Origin: Neodothiora populina
Taxonomy: Eukaryota
Assembly (NCBI RefSeq): GCF_041146345.1
Contig: NW_027191404.1
Location: 2,294,001-2,358,000 of the forward strand
Direction: 5' to 3'
Length of the DNA stretch: 64,000 nt
The notes under the pieces are model-generated. The model was not told where the DNA came from, did no database searches, and saw only the letters and a list, made by a program, of their open reading frames with translations. Of the stretch, positions 49,209-61,688 are shown one piece after another. Position 1 is the stretch's first letter. Every line of letters begins with the position of its first letter. The translations under genes and the position numbers were made by a program.

Positions 49209-49660
49209 CTCTACCTGGAAGCGAATCTCCATGGGAGTGAATCTGCCAGGAAGTATTTGCAGACGAATCCTGTCCGTCTTCCTGTTTGCGCTTTCTGTGG
49301 TCGTCGTCGATACTGCATTTCATGTGAATCGCCCGTTCTGGTATCGCGAGGGAATCTAGTTCAAGGTCTTGTAGAGGAGGACGTTTAGGAGCAGAGTTTA
49401 GTAGGGGCGGGGATATGATCGAGGGATAATGTATACTCATTTCGTTTGTGAAAGATCCATATACCGTATCATCATCGCCAGCTAGAGACGCAGATTGTAC
49501 TACCATGCCGACACTAAACGACTGATTGATCGCCTACAAAGACATACCGAAGACGCCGCGCTGTCGTGAACAAGCACATCATGCTATCCTGAGAAAGCTT
49601 AGGCGAAGAATAATAGATGCCTAGCCGTGTGTGTGCTTTTGTATACGCAAAAAAGGACAA

Positions 49661-52600
49661 TCACTCTGACTCGGAATCGCTGTCGACTATGAACGGACCT
49701 CTGGCGGCTGTGCGTCTTGCGGTGGGTTTTGCGAGGAGGACTACATCGTCTTCGTCGTCTTCGTCGAGAGTGATTGGAGCAGGGGAGGGAACCCTGTTCG
49801 CTGATGTTTCCGAGCGTGGTTTGCTCGTGTGGCTGTCGGGTTTGTTCGCAATTCGAGGGGCGGCGGAGTGGTCTGAGGCGACGCTTTCTGCTTCCGAGGA
49901 CGATTCGCGGCTGCTGATGATTGTGGGGGGTTCTTCGTCTTCCGAGTCGTCGTTGTCGCTTGTCATGGAAATATCGTTGTCCTGATCTTCTGAGTCGTCG
50001 TCGACTGTCGTCTTTCTCTTCTTGGTCTTAGCCGCCTTATTCGTGGCCGCTTCGGACACGTCGCTTTTCCTCTTTCGTCCTTTGCTGGCCCTCTTTGCAC
50101 TGTCTGCCTTCTCCTGCTCGTCGACGATTTTGAGGAGCTCGTTACGAATCACGCCCTTCATCCTGCCGCGACGCTGTTCCTCGAGCCTGAAAAACTCCTT
50201 GTCTCTTCCTTGGTCGTCTTCGTCATCCGAATCCGTGACTCGTAGCGTAGACTTGATCTTTGCGTCCTTTTCCCTTTCTCTCTTTCTTTTCTCTTCTGCT
50301 TTGCGCTGGCTCTCTTCTTCGTCTGCCACCTCATCGGCTGCTTTGCGTAATCTTCGTTTTCGCGTGGGCTTGTTGGGTCTTTCTGCCGCCGCTGGACGCG
50401 CAGTCGGTCCACCTGGCGCATAGCGCTCGTCGAGCTCGTCGATGTCGGACAATCCCACGCCGTCGTCGCTGTCTCGGTCGACTGTGTTTGCACGGGATGC
50501 ATCGCGTGAGGCGGAGCCTCTGTCGGCGCGTGCGTGGAGACCTGCAGCGGCTTTATTCCGTAGTAAACTTTCGGGCGTCACGCCCTCCTCGAAGGTTGGG
50601 AGATCGAATTCGAGCTTCTTGATCAAGTCGAGATTTGTGCGGAGATCTGTCGAAGTCAACGCCGAGGGAATCACCCAAGAGGCCTCGGGGTCATCTCTTG
50701 CTCCCATGCGCTCGATCTGGAGAAGCACTAAGAACAAACGAAGGAACTTGTCTTTGTAGAGAGCGGTTTTTCGCTCGTCGCCTTCGGGTTTGACGACGAT
50801 GGAAGGCACGCTCAAAGCCTCTTTCTCCGGTGATGGCTGATTTGGGGGGTGCTTCTGGTCTTCCGTTGGCTTTGCCGAGTCTTCCTGGGGCTCATCGGTA
50901 GCAGTCCTATCCTCAGGGCCGGCGTGATCCTCAATGCTCATCTGCGCAGCATGCTGATCCTCCCAGGCAGCTCGTTCATCCGCGGCATCTCCGAGCACCT
51001 TTTTGATCCACGCAATGTCGTCAAGTTTACCTTGATTGACAAGCACACCGACGGCGACGCCAATTTCTTCTTCCTTGGTCATGCCCGGCTTCACCACCAG
51101 CTCAGCGGGTGGTCTAGGGGCACGTTTCTCTCCGACGTAATCATAACCATGCTCCAGGTAGAACAGAGTCTGGGGCATCTTGGTAAAGAGCATCTCGACC
51201 ATGAGTTCCCGACGCTCTTCGAGTTTCTTTATGCATCTGCGAAAAATCTGCCTCACCAATTCTTCCCAATCCTTGAAGTGAGGGCTGTCTTTGCGCAGAC
51301 CTTCCGGACCCTTGATCATACGTTGGAACAGGTGCAGAATGTCGACGCGATAAAGGAGGATTATGCGTTCCATCTTGAAGGCACAACGATAGAAGAATCG
51401 ATGGGCGCGCTTTAGCTGGTCCTCGTCAAGGTCGAGATAGTACTGAGTAAAACGGACAAATGTAGCGATGCAAGGCTCCGTCATGAACTTCGCTGCGAGA
51501 CGGCTGAAGTCGAACTTCCGCTCGCTGACTGTACGGTGTGCTTCCACTTCGTCTTCGGCCTCTGAGTTTTCTGCTTGATCCTCCTCGCCTCGGGCTTGTG
51601 CGGCGTCTTTTCTCTTCTTTCTAGCTCTTCGTTTGGACCTGACCTGCAGATCGACGTTCTGTTTGCTGTATCGCTCGAGCATGCGAGTGAAGACATGAGC
51701 AAGCTCCGTACATGAATCGAGATAGCGGAAGCCTTGTTCTTTATAGTTCTTGAGGATGGAAATGACAAGATCGTGAGTGGTTTCCTCGTAAAAGATGCGA
51801 GACTGGATGTTCTCAGCAATCTCTTGATCGTCTTCGCTCGATGACTCTGACATTGCAGCAACGGTATGTAAGATCTCGGTAAAGGCGTGTATACAAGCAT
51901 GGAGATCCGACCACTCCTTATCGTCCAGACTCTGTTGCATCTTGCGGTTGAGCAGAACAAAGTTTTCCTGTGTCATGACAGCGGCAATGTAGGCAAAGGG
52001 CGAGTCCTCTTCTGCAGATGGCGCCGAAGCAGGCTGATTCGCTTTTTCTTTCTTCACCAACTCTTGTCTCGCTCTTTCGGCCTGCAGGAACCAGCCCATC
52101 AGGTAGTAGTACTGGCGCGCATTGTAGGCCAGGACACGATCAGATTCCGAGGAAACGGCCCGGCGCAGGCTGTTGAACAACGGGTTGAATGACGAATCCA
52201 GAAAGTCTTCGACAAAGGTGCGTAAGATGGTGTGAGTAGAGCCTTCGATGTGGACAGTGGCGGCGAAGTCGTTGGTCTCGTCGATGGCCTCGGTCTGTCT
52301 GGAGCGAACTCTTGGTTTGTTCCAGGACTTGCTTTTGTCGATAGTATCGAGCATGTTCGCCTCTTCCGAGATGACTTTCTGGCCACTCAATGTGGTCATC
52401 TTCTGGTCGGGTCGCTTGAGCCATATCATGCTGCCAAATCTATGGTGCCTGCTCGGGGCGTTCTTCTGGTATGAAGCCATCATGGCCTTCTCTTTGCTCA
52501 CCAATGCTCTGAAAGCTTTGGCTCTGTCCTGGTCGACGTCCTTCCTCTCCTTGAATAACTGCTTGGGATCGATGCCCTTTAGCAGCTGGAAGAGAATCTC

Positions 52601-53381
52601 GAGAATGACGACATCTTGAAGCGGGAACTCCTCGTTGATACTTGATGCGATGGTTAATATCAGCTGCAGGACGTGCTGGTTGTGAAAGGACTCGATTGTG
52701 GTTGAACGGGAGACCTCATTCTCATCGCCTTGACTCGGTAGGTTCTGCGGTTGCGATATGATGGCGATGTTGCGGAAGAAGTAGAGAGCTGCACTCAGGA
52801 TCTGCCAGTCCCTTGCCGTCCTATCGGGCTTGGACATGGATATAATTGGCACGACAATGCGGATGACAGTACGCAGGATGGGTGCGGTCTCGTGGTGCAA
52901 GACGGCGCGCTTGTAGCCAACTTGGGCAAGCTGAAGGAAGGGAAGATGACGATGATGGTTGACCGTGGCTTTGTCCTCCTCTAAAGTGATAGGCCAGGTG
53001 AGATCCTTGAGTAGATCCAGACATTTGATTGCAATTTTGCCTCGGAGGGCACTTGTCTGTCCAGTCTCGGGCCATTGGGCGAGGATCTCCAGTAAGTCTC
53101 CCTTGACCAGGTTGCTTTCTGCCAGGCATCTCTTGACATCGTGGCGTTGAGTCTTGTCGTCGTAGAGTCTTATCCATCTCGAGATGTCCCTCAGACAAGC
53201 CAGGGCGTCGTCTCCGAGCACATATTGTCCATCGTTGATGTTACTGTTTCCGCCAACCTGTAAGAGCAGTGAGAAACCAATCCGTTACTTGACTATACAT
53301 AACACATACAGCAGAGACCAGACTGTATACGTGAGCTCGAACTTCAGGATCCACCGTCGAGCTCTTCTCGAATACATCCAT
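49661..53381 (-). CDS. TOF1: Topoisomerase 1-associated factor 1 (Tof1/Swi1/Timeless), ~1,222 aa; intron 53258-53309
   Basis: VDPEVRAHVYSLVSAVGG...YVLGDDALACLRD, LVKGDLLEILA, NHHRHLPFLQLAQVGYK, APSRHHRFGSMIW, FLDSSFNPLF, AENIQSRIFYEE, ERKFDF. Confidence 0.93.
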
Positions 53382-53472
53382 CTTGGTGGCGGCGATACTA
53401 AGATATCAAGATACCTCACATCGATTTGCATGAACATTTACAAGGGCGATTAATTGTAGGTATACCAGTGGG

Positions 53473-53500
53473 ACGCGAAACTCACGACGCGTCGACGCGT
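53473..53500. promoter_or_regulatory. MCB (MluI cell-cycle box) cluster upstream of TOF1
   Basis: ACGCGAAA at 53473-53480. ACGCGT at 53487-53492 and 53495-53500 together form the 14-bp palindrome ACGCGTCGACGCGT. Confidence 0.7.
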
Positions 53501-54478
53501 TGCACAAATTCAGGGTCCAGCTCTCTATCCCTGATTAGGACATAATTGGTTCCAAGACATCAATTGCGCTTAATCAAATGCTCCAGCCAAAGGTACCTTA
53601 CCTTAACATGACTACCTTATTATTCGTGTATGCCAGACCATGTCGCCCACTTTTGTACACATTGTCAGCCAATATGCCAATCTGGCCCATGTTGAGACTA
53701 ATGCAGCAGTTGCACCGCCTGGCTACCTACGCACAGCTTCAATGTCAGTCTTCGATGATGAAGCAGAAGCCACAAAATGTCGAGATGATTGGCATCATTA
53801 ATCAGTACTGGCTGAACGCTGTCACGACTTGCACACCATCGGCGACTTGGTTGACTAGAACAAATGTTGATGAAATTCTTCAGTAGCAGCTCCAGAAAGT
53901 AGATATGCTCCTACATCTTAACGTTGGTTGATACTGCACCCTTAATCAGGATACAAGTGACTCGAAACCACACGCTTTGTGTTCTATGAAACGCGATGGT
54001 CGATGCTGGCTAGCCAGGAGTAAGGGAGAAGTCCTTCAGATCAGTGTGTAAGTAATAACCTTCGGAGCATACGACCATATATGCCTCAGCTGTGACAACA
54101 TCGTCCACCGGAGTCTAAACACGCGAGGCTGGAGAGCTTCTATGAGTTCTTCTTGCGATGCATTTCTATGGCCCTTGTCATCGACATGGTACACGAACAT
54201 GTGGTGTAATGCAGGCATGTCTATGCTTCCAGGCAATGTAACGTGCTTCCCCTGTGCTTCAACCCTGCACTTGCACCTGCACTTTGCATCTACACTTGCT
54301 CTTACAATTGCTCTTGCACTCTGTGCTTTGGAAATAGATCAATGTCCATTGCTGCTGCCAGATTGGTGGCGCACATTCCACTTGCGACATTCAATCCTCT
54401 CCCAGAACTTGTCACTTTATCAGACGAGATGAATCGCAAAAGTCTGCAGGTCAACTCCAGTCTGCCATTTCGACGGTC

Positions 54479-56230
54479 ATGCTTTCAGAAAAAGATAGAG
54501 AGCCCAAGAGATCTCTGCGCAGGTTGAACTCTCTCGCCAACTTGAATTACAACCCTTTCAACCGGCATCGATCCCATCATCAGCCCAGTGCCGTTGCTCT
54601 TCCGTCAAGACACAGTAGTACCCTATCAACTGCCTCAGATGGAGTAGGTGGCAGCACCCATGAATCTTCGACAACACAGCTGGTAGCGCCTGGTCTCACT
54701 ACCGCACTGCCTACACCGCAGGAGAACACCATGTCGAACAGAAATCGTGCGTATATGCCTCTTGGCGAAGACTCCTGTCATATGCTGCCTCGCAGCAGAA
54801 CTCTGAGTAGTCTGCCTGTACCCGCTAAGATCAAGTTGACCACGCCTGCCCCCAAGTCTCGATCAAACATGATGTTCCCGCCATCCAGGATCCCTACTCC
54901 GCCGAAAGCGGATGGTCGACAGCGTATTGCCTCTACTACAAAGAGCATCTTGAGGCCTCTGGCTTATAAGCAGATTCGTCCTTCTAACAGAGAGCCATTG
55001 CTTGCGAAGAGTGCAGAGAATATTTCTGCATCCATCACGCCTCGGAAGGCTGCTCTCAAAGAGAACTTGGACAACAGCCCTGTCAAATCCTTAGGATTTG
55101 AACCATACGAAGGTGACCAATCTGATCTTTTCCTCTCGTCTCTACCACCCAGAAAGACCGAGTGGTCGGGCAGCCGAAACGTAGCTCTTCCACAAACACC
55201 AGTCACTGCTGTTCGAGTGCGAAACCAAAGGCAGTCCACTCCAACCAGGAAGTGGAACTTTGGAAAGCCAGCGACACCCAATGATGTGACGCCACGCTTC
55301 TCTCCATTCGTTTTGACAGACGTCTCGTATAATGTTGTGGCGATGAAGAGACCTTCGTACGGTGGAGGTATCAAACAGCATCAACTTCTGACGCCACGTC
55401 AACCGCCGACGCCACCTCTGCCTCAGACACCGTTGAAGGGCGGTGCTTTGAAGAAGCTAAGTTCTCGGGCTCGCCAGACTAGACGCACCAAGGTCACCTA
55501 CAGCTTTGATCGAAATCACGAACTGAGTCCATGCAGCGAGGACAGCAGCCCTTCGCCTTTGGCACTTCATCCCGAACGAGTACAGAATGATGCCATTGCC
55601 ACAATGACTTTGGAACTAGCTAACTGCAGCGATGGTGTTCAGGTCACGACAGGAGAACCGTTGGAGTACTGGTGCGGCCGCATGAGTGTGCTCACGGACC
55701 GATACCGTAACGAGCGCTTCCTCAAGTGCATGGAATCCGACCAGTCGGCTAGATTGGAGAGTCAAGAGGAGACGCGTGACCGGGTCCGACGGGCGATGCA
55801 GCATCTGTACAGCATGTGTGCGACAGACGAGGCGAGAGCGAGTTACAAGGTGAGCAAAGACATGACTTGACTGACCATGTTTGCGGGTTCGGTCATGCTG
55901 ACTAGATGGTGCGAGCAACAGGCTTTCCACCAACGCGTGAGCGCGATTGCGCAACTACACGGCAGTCGCGGCCAAGAAGACACGATGACAGCATACATCC
56001 CCTGGACCCAGGTCGTAGTCGGCAGTGGGGTGCAAGCGGTCGACGATGTTGACGACAAGGTCGATAAAGACTTGTCGAGACGTGGCACGACGAGGGAGCA
56101 GTCTGCAGAGTCTGGAGATGGATCCGACAGTCTAGTGATTTCGATGGCGGGATCTTCGACACTTGGGTCCTTGCGGAGGCTCTCTTTCATGGGGCGCTTG
56201 CTGGGCAAGAATCGACGGGGTGCAGAGTGA
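54479..56230 (+). CDS. Hypothetical protein: Pro/Ser/Thr-rich disordered N-terminus plus a short helical domain (PLEYWCGRMSVLTDRYRNE...RVRRAMQHLYSMCATDEARASY); intron 55850-55921, possibly also 55580-55642
   Basis: A 463-codon ORF joined in frame to a downstream ORF by GTGAGC..GCTGAC..CAG. Confidence 0.7.
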
Positions 56231-56650
56231 CGAGAGGAGGAAGACTTGTCGATGGCCGGACAGAGATGGGTGATTATCGTCGAGGTCGGTATTGCTGAGT
56301 GTGTCCCTCATAAAAGTGCGACATTGTATGAACATGCATAACACATATCCGACTGAAAACGACAATGGCCCATGTAGTCGATGAATCCTAGTTGTGGTCA
56401 CATAGCTGGCAGTCGTTCTATGATTGTCGTCATTAGGGAAATGGATAATTCTGAGCATTTCCTGTGACTTTGTTGTGTGTTTTTTATTGTTGATTTGTTT
56501 TCCGTGAGTCAGATAGAAGTAGTCTGTTCCGAGGGGGTTTTCTTCTTTTTCTTTTCGTGCCAAACGTAAGGGTAAAAGACATTTCCTCCATCTAATGATT
56601 TCCTCCCCTCCTCAAGCCTTGAATCAGCATATGAAACGACTCAACACAAC

Positions 56651-58198
56651 TCATCGTCCACCACTCGGTGTGCTCGCCCCAGCAACATCCCCTCCAGAAG
56701 AAGCCTCCTTCTTGCGCTGCGCAATCGCCCTGAAATAATGCTGCATCTGATCGAACTTTGTGACAAAGAACCACATCTTCTCATCGCTCTTCCACACCAG
56801 CACGCCGATCGTGTCCGCATGCAGCACCGCCTTTTGGTATTCGTCGCGCGTCGCCATTTCGCGGATCAAGTAGCCCGGGGTGGCGGCCATGCGCTCGCCT
56901 TCGAGCTGCCAGAGGCGGATCTGGTCGACGACTGTTGGAGGTAATATGGGGCGTTGCTTGCGGAGCACGGGGTGGGCTTGGGTGGTCAGGTATTCGATTA
57001 TTTGGTTGGCGGTTATGCCGGCTGAGATGGCGGATTGGATCGAGGATTTGGTGAGCGTTGCGGTCAACATGTTGGGAAAGCGGGTTTTGAGGTTCGCGAA
57101 CAGGGAGAGGATGGAGATCAGTAGGGGTGAGGAGGTGTAGGCGTAGATGCGGTAGTTGGTTTCGACGATTATGTAGCCCTTTTCTGTGTCCGAGGGGGTG
57201 GGGTTTGTGGAGGCGGTGGTTTGGGGGGTGGGTTTGGACTTTGTGGTTGATGCTGCTGTTGTTGAGGAAGAGTCCGGGTTTGTCGAGGATACGGTCGTGC
57301 TGGTCAGCGATGAATTCGTCAGGGCAGGCGAGTCCGAGGTCAGAGTTGTTGCCAGACGGGTCGGGTAGTAGCGGCTGCTCTGTGGCGTTCGGCGATAGAT
57401 TATACCAAAGTCTGCCAGGTCGTCCAACATGTGGTGTTGGGTCGGGGTGAGGTTGTCGGTGGAATATGACACGCCCAGCTCCAATGATCCGAGAGTGAAG
57501 AGAAACGACAAGACGTCGACAGAGTCCATCTGAAGCGTCTCGGCAAGCCTCAGGTACTCGATAAGCAGAGTCCATATCTGCGCGTTGACTTCTTGCAGCA
57601 AGAAAGAAAAGCCCGTCTGTGTGATGTTTGCTCTCTTGCCGTGAATGTGCACGAAGCCGCCTCTTTCGAGCAGCTGTTTCGTTCCAGGACTGATGTTGAC
57701 GTTGCCCGCGAGGCCCGAGTCTGCGCTTCCGACAACAAAATAGAGGATTGCCTCCCACTGCTCTCGTGCAAAAGTATCCAGGAAATCAACGCTGACGTCC
57801 TCTTCGTCTGGGGTGTCGCTCGCAACGCCGAAAGACCGATGGTTGCCTCCGCCAGTCAAGGCGAGGCGCAGGGACTTTGTGAAGGCCTTGGACAGCACGT
57901 ATGCCTGTCTGCCCTTGTCGTTGCGAGTCTCTTCTAGGACCTTGAGGCGCAGCAGGATGTTCAGAGACTGGTCGCGCGAGCGGGTGCTCTCGCTGTCGGC
58001 CTTGATCCAGGCATCCAGATCCGAGGCAGACAGAGGGATGGGCATGTACAGCATCGCCATGACCATGTTCTTGGCCAGATGAGGCAACATGCGGCGGAAG
58101 ATGGCCAGCGCAGTCGAGGGCTGCTGGTATAGTTTGTTGAAGATTATCCCGGGCTGAGCCTCGAGATAATCGAGCACTCGCTGCGAGGCCATTGACAT
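56651..58198 (-). CDS. TFB2: TFIIH subunit Tfb2/p52 (515 aa, apparently intronless)
   Basis: KLYQQPSTALAIFRRMLPHLAK, ITQTGFSFLLQ, YYPTRLATTLTS, GYIIVETNYRIYAYT, PPTVVDQIRLWQLE. The likely start is MSMASQR at 58198, not the longer ORF start. Confidence 0.95.
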   Translation of the reverse strand: MSMASQRVLDYLEAQPGIIFNKLYQQPSTALAIFRRMLPHLAKNMVMAMLYMPIPLSASDLDAWIKADSESTRSRDQSLNILLRLKVLEETRNDKGRQAYVLSKAFTKSLRLALTGGGNHRSFGVASDTPDEEDVSVDFLDTFAREQWEAILYFVVGSADSGLAGNVNISPGTKQLLERGGFVHIHGKRANITQTGFSFLLQEVNAQIWTLLIEYLRLAETLQMDSVDVLSFLFTLGSLELGVSYSTDNLTPTQHHMLDDLADFGIIYRRTPQSSRYYPTRLATTLTSDSPALTNSSLTSTTVSSTNPDSSSTTAASTTKSKPTPQTTASTNPTPSDTEKGYIIVETNYRIYAYTSSPLLISILSLFANLKTRFPNMLTATLTKSSIQSAISAGITANQIIEYLTTQAHPVLRKQRPILPPTVVDQIRLWQLEGERMAATPGYLIREMATRDEYQKAVLHADTIGVLVWKSDEKMWFFVTKFDQMQHYFRAIAQRKKEASSGGDVAGASTPSGGR

Positions 58199-58634
58199 TG
58201 TGTCTTGTCTTGTCTTGTTCTGCTTCTCTTTCAGCCTTGACCAGGCAGCAGCAGTGACGGCGGCAGTCGATGCGCCCGGAATGGCGGCGTGAGGAAGAAG
58301 AGAGTGACAAAAGAGTGGTGGGCCATTTGGGTCAAGACGGCATTTCCTGTGAGTTCGTGATGATATTCCACTTCCGACTTCTGAGTTGACTTTCGCTCCT
58401 TCCTTCCCCGGGCGGGACGTCACTCACTCGGTCATCTCATCGGCTGCTTTCAGACTCCAGGCACGGACCTGACTGTGGACCCTGGCTCTGTCTGTTCCAG
58501 CTGTATACCACTGGGTACCTATTCGTTTATCCTCTCTGAGGTATCTTGCTTCAAAGTCCATTTCTTGCACATCCTTCTGGACTCATTTACTTCTCATTGT
58601 TCCTCAAGTCTAGCCTTGAACCATCACCGTCATC

Positions 58635-59711
58635 ATGGCTTCACAAAAGTGCCTACCATTCGTGAGAAGTGTTGGTCGTCATCGTCACTCTGCCTCGGTC
58701 ACCGGCTTGTCTAAACAGGTGCTGATGCTGTGCTTTCTTTTACCAGGTCTGGGAATCTTTCCGAGCCAGCTCCGGTCTTGAACCTAGGTACTTGGTGTCT
58801 TCTTGTATGAGTCTCAATGGATAAAGTCACGGCATACTGATCAATGTTTCAATTGCCTAAAGACTCTTGAATGGGGTATGTTGACTCGGATTTATTCACA
58901 TCTATGTGTCTTTCTATAGAGTCGTTTGCTGCTGAATTTATTTGAATGCATAGCGATACGAACCATGTTTGCCCTAGACTTGGGAGCAGACAATCTGATT
59001 CGCACACTCACTAACCTCTCCTGTCCTTTCAGCTCCGAGTCACGGGCGCTACTCCAGGTGTAGTCAACTTTGAGCTTCCAATTGAGCAGCACCACACAGT
59101 GAGTGCTGCTTTTCGTCCACCCTTCTCACGTCCAGGTCTTGACGCCAGACAGAACCGCCTCGGCATACTCCACGGTGGCACCATCGCCAGCATGGTCGAT
59201 CTCGGCGGTTCGCTCGCCGTTGCCTCGAAGGGTCTCTATGCCACTGGTGTATCGACCGACCTCAATGGTAGATCTCGCTTTCTTCTTTTCGCGCTCGAAA
59301 TTGGCTGATGCCCTTTCCAGTGACGTATCTCAACTCAGGAGGAAAGATTGGAGATATCATCAGAGCTGTGAGTACTCGACGCACCTTGTTCCTAGATCCC
59401 GGAGACTAACAAAGTATGCAGGAAGCCACGTGTGACAAATGTACGTTGCAAGTCCAGAGTCAAGGGGAATGGAAGTGGCCAATGATATGCGAATAGTCGG
59501 CAAGACGTTGGCCTACACGTCAATCAGGTTCACCAATAGCAATGATGAATTGGTCGCCCGAGGAAGCCACACCAAGTGAGTGACCCGGTCTTTTTGTTTT
59601 GTTTTAGCCCTGGAGTCGTGCTGACAGGTCGTCAGATTCGTCTCACTCGCGTGGAAGGACCCTCAGAACATCGTCGACGAATTGTCTCCCAGGCCTCAAA
59701 AGCCTTCGTGA
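58635..59711 (+). CDS. PaaI/ACOT13-like hotdog-fold acyl-CoA thioesterase (~163 aa), 9 exons: 58635-58670, 58747-58787, 58863-58875, 59033-59098, 59153-59267, 59321-59367, 59422-59440, 59497-59575, 59636-59711
   Basis: The spliced frame is continuous: MASQKCLPFVRSVWESFRASSGLEPRLLNGLRVT...HTNRLGILHGGTIASMVDLGGSLAVAS...GVSTDLNVTYL...CDKFGKTLAYTS...ARGSHTKF. It includes the hotdog HGG..D motif. Confidence 0.88.
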
Positions 59712-59888
59712 AGGACCAGATAGATGGAGCATCTTCTTCTCGCATCATTAGACGAGCAGTCGGAAACTCGTTGTTCCCATTTGCTTGTAGCTGAGCCTTT
59801 CGTTGGGTCATCATGCTTCGTCAGGGCGGGTGTATATATCGTCGTGTAAACCCAGATAGACAATGGCAACCATATCGTAAAAAGTCCA

Positions 59889-61226
59889 TTATCTGCGTCC
59901 AAGATCAATATCAAGAACCTTGACCATCCTCGTGCTTTCAGCATCAGCATCAGCAGAAGCAAGTCCAAAGAAAGGCTTGACGGCCACATCCACGACCTCC
60001 TCAAACAACCCCTCGATAACATGATTCAAGTCACTACCCGTCTGCGCGAAGTCCGGAAAGGCATTGACCTCCAACAACGACGGCAGACCCTGTGCATCAA
60101 CCAAGAAATCCACGCCAAACACCTCAAACGCATTCGGCAACGGCTGGAAATGCACCATCATGCCGCGGGCAGCAGCCTCGAACACCTCGCCCGTGACGCG
60201 ACAGATGTGCGCAAACACGCTCTGTTTCCAGTCCTTGGCGAGCCCCGGCACGTCGTCCGGCAGCGCCCAGAACGCGTGCACGCTGCCCTCGCGCTCGCCG
60301 CTCTGCATGCATGTGTTCGTCAAGTGTCCGCTGAGCTCGTCGTTGGGGTCTCCAGACGCGGACTCCCAGGGCGGCGTGTAGGCTTCGCCTGCGAAGAGGG
60401 CGAGCATGGGCTTGTAGACGTGGACGCGTAGCGCGCCGCCGGCGAGCACGTAGACGCGGATGTGGAATTTGCGGTTCGCCGAGGGGAATGTGGGCGAGGT
60501 CAGCAGGAGCGGCGGGTGGATGTAGGGTTGGGCTATGAAGTGGCGGAGCTGCGAGGTGATGATTCCGCTGTCTCTGTTGTCGTCGTCTTTCTGCTGCTGC
60601 TGCGCCTGCGGTTCGTTCTCGTCACATGAGTGAGCGGCTTCGTCGTCTTCGTCTTCGTCATCAGACGGCGGATCCCACGCCTCGAAGATCGCAGTCAATT
60701 CGTCCTCGGTGCTGAACAGCCTGATGCCCTGTCCGCGATCACTCATGCCAGGCTTCAGAATCCACCACTCTCTATCTTTCGCATCCAGCGCCTCGTTCCT
60801 CTCAAACGCCTCGCGCAACTCCCACGCCTCGACCAGCGCATCATCCAGAAACTCGGCAAAGTCCAGCTCAAACTCTACGCCCGGCTGCATGTGCTTCGGC
60901 AGCGTCGACTCCGGGTGCTTCGACGCCCAGTGCGACACGGTGTTGGACAGGTAGTGTTTGCGGATCAGCGCTTTGCGGATGATGTACGAGTTGATCATGT
61001 TCGTGTCTGGGTGCGTCATTGCGCGGTCGAGGTCGAGAGATTCGTATTGTTTCCATTGTAGGACTCTTGCGCCGGAGGGGAGGTTGTCTGGTGACAGAGA
61101 GGTTATGGGGATCGAGTGGGATCCGAGGCGCGAGGTCATGGCGGATTGAATCAGCGGTTGCACGTAGCTGTCTTCGTAGTCGATTCGGCAGTGGATTTTG
61201 TCCGTTGGGGCGTCTTGGTCGGCCAT
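59889..61226 (-). CDS. Tubulin-tyrosine ligase-domain (Pby1-like ATP-grasp) protein, 445 aa
   Basis: NSYIIRKALIRKHYL, WWILKPGMSDRGQGIRLF, QPYIHPPLL, RKFHIRVYVL, HLTNTC, FGVDFLVD, LLEVNAFPDF. Confidence 0.88.
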   Translation of the reverse strand: MADQDAPTDKIHCRIDYEDSYVQPLIQSAMTSRLGSHSIPITSLSPDNLPSGARVLQWKQYESLDLDRAMTHPDTNMINSYIIRKALIRKHYLSNTVSHWASKHPESTLPKHMQPGVEFELDFAEFLDDALVEAWELREAFERNEALDAKDREWWILKPGMSDRGQGIRLFSTEDELTAIFEAWDPPSDDEDEDDEAAHSCDENEPQAQQQQKDDDNRDSGIITSQLRHFIAQPYIHPPLLLTSPTFPSANRKFHIRVYVLAGGALRVHVYKPMLALFAGEAYTPPWESASGDPNDELSGHLTNTCMQSGEREGSVHAFWALPDDVPGLAKDWKQSVFAHICRVTGEVFEAAARGMMVHFQPLPNAFEVFGVDFLVDAQGLPSLLEVNAFPDFAQTGSDLNHVIEGLFEEVVDVAVKPFFGLASADADAESTRMVKVLDIDLGRR

Positions 61227-61688
61227 TGTTCTTCTTTTTTTCCTTGTTTCTCTGATACACGATTTATATAATTATAACCTTTTTCTTGGACAACCTGGTC
61301 GAAACGAATAATTATTTATCTAGGAAGCTTTTGTCTTATCGCGGCGATAGTTGATCCCGAAGACCGATTATCGCGGGCCCGCAGTGGCCTCTGACCAATC
61401 ACGTTGCTTTTTGGTCGACATCACTTTATGGTTATACGTCCTTTTGCCGACTTGCTTTATACTGTACTATTGCCATTCATCAAAGCATGTATATATATAT
61501 GTCTTGGGACTGGAAAGGGAAGACGATGTGACCGTCCTATACGGAGTACAGGGTCTCTTCTGCTATGACGGCGCTGACATGATGAAGATCAGGTTACGAT
61601 AATACAAATACCATTCGTATCGCGAAAGCAGTAATTAGTGCAATCTTCTGCCAGCATTTCTTTTCGTTCGTATGGTTGCTGCTTCCCA

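Noticed and set aside
58199..58423. 74-aa N-terminal extension of TFB2 in the ORF track
   Set aside because: It starts at a non-ATG codon and spans a microsatellite; homology-like sequence begins at MSMASQR.
58876..59032. Possible stwintron or extra microexon in the long thioesterase intron (internal TATAG at ~58919)
   Set aside because: Removing the inner segment does not rebuild a valid donor, and a single intron already keeps the frame.
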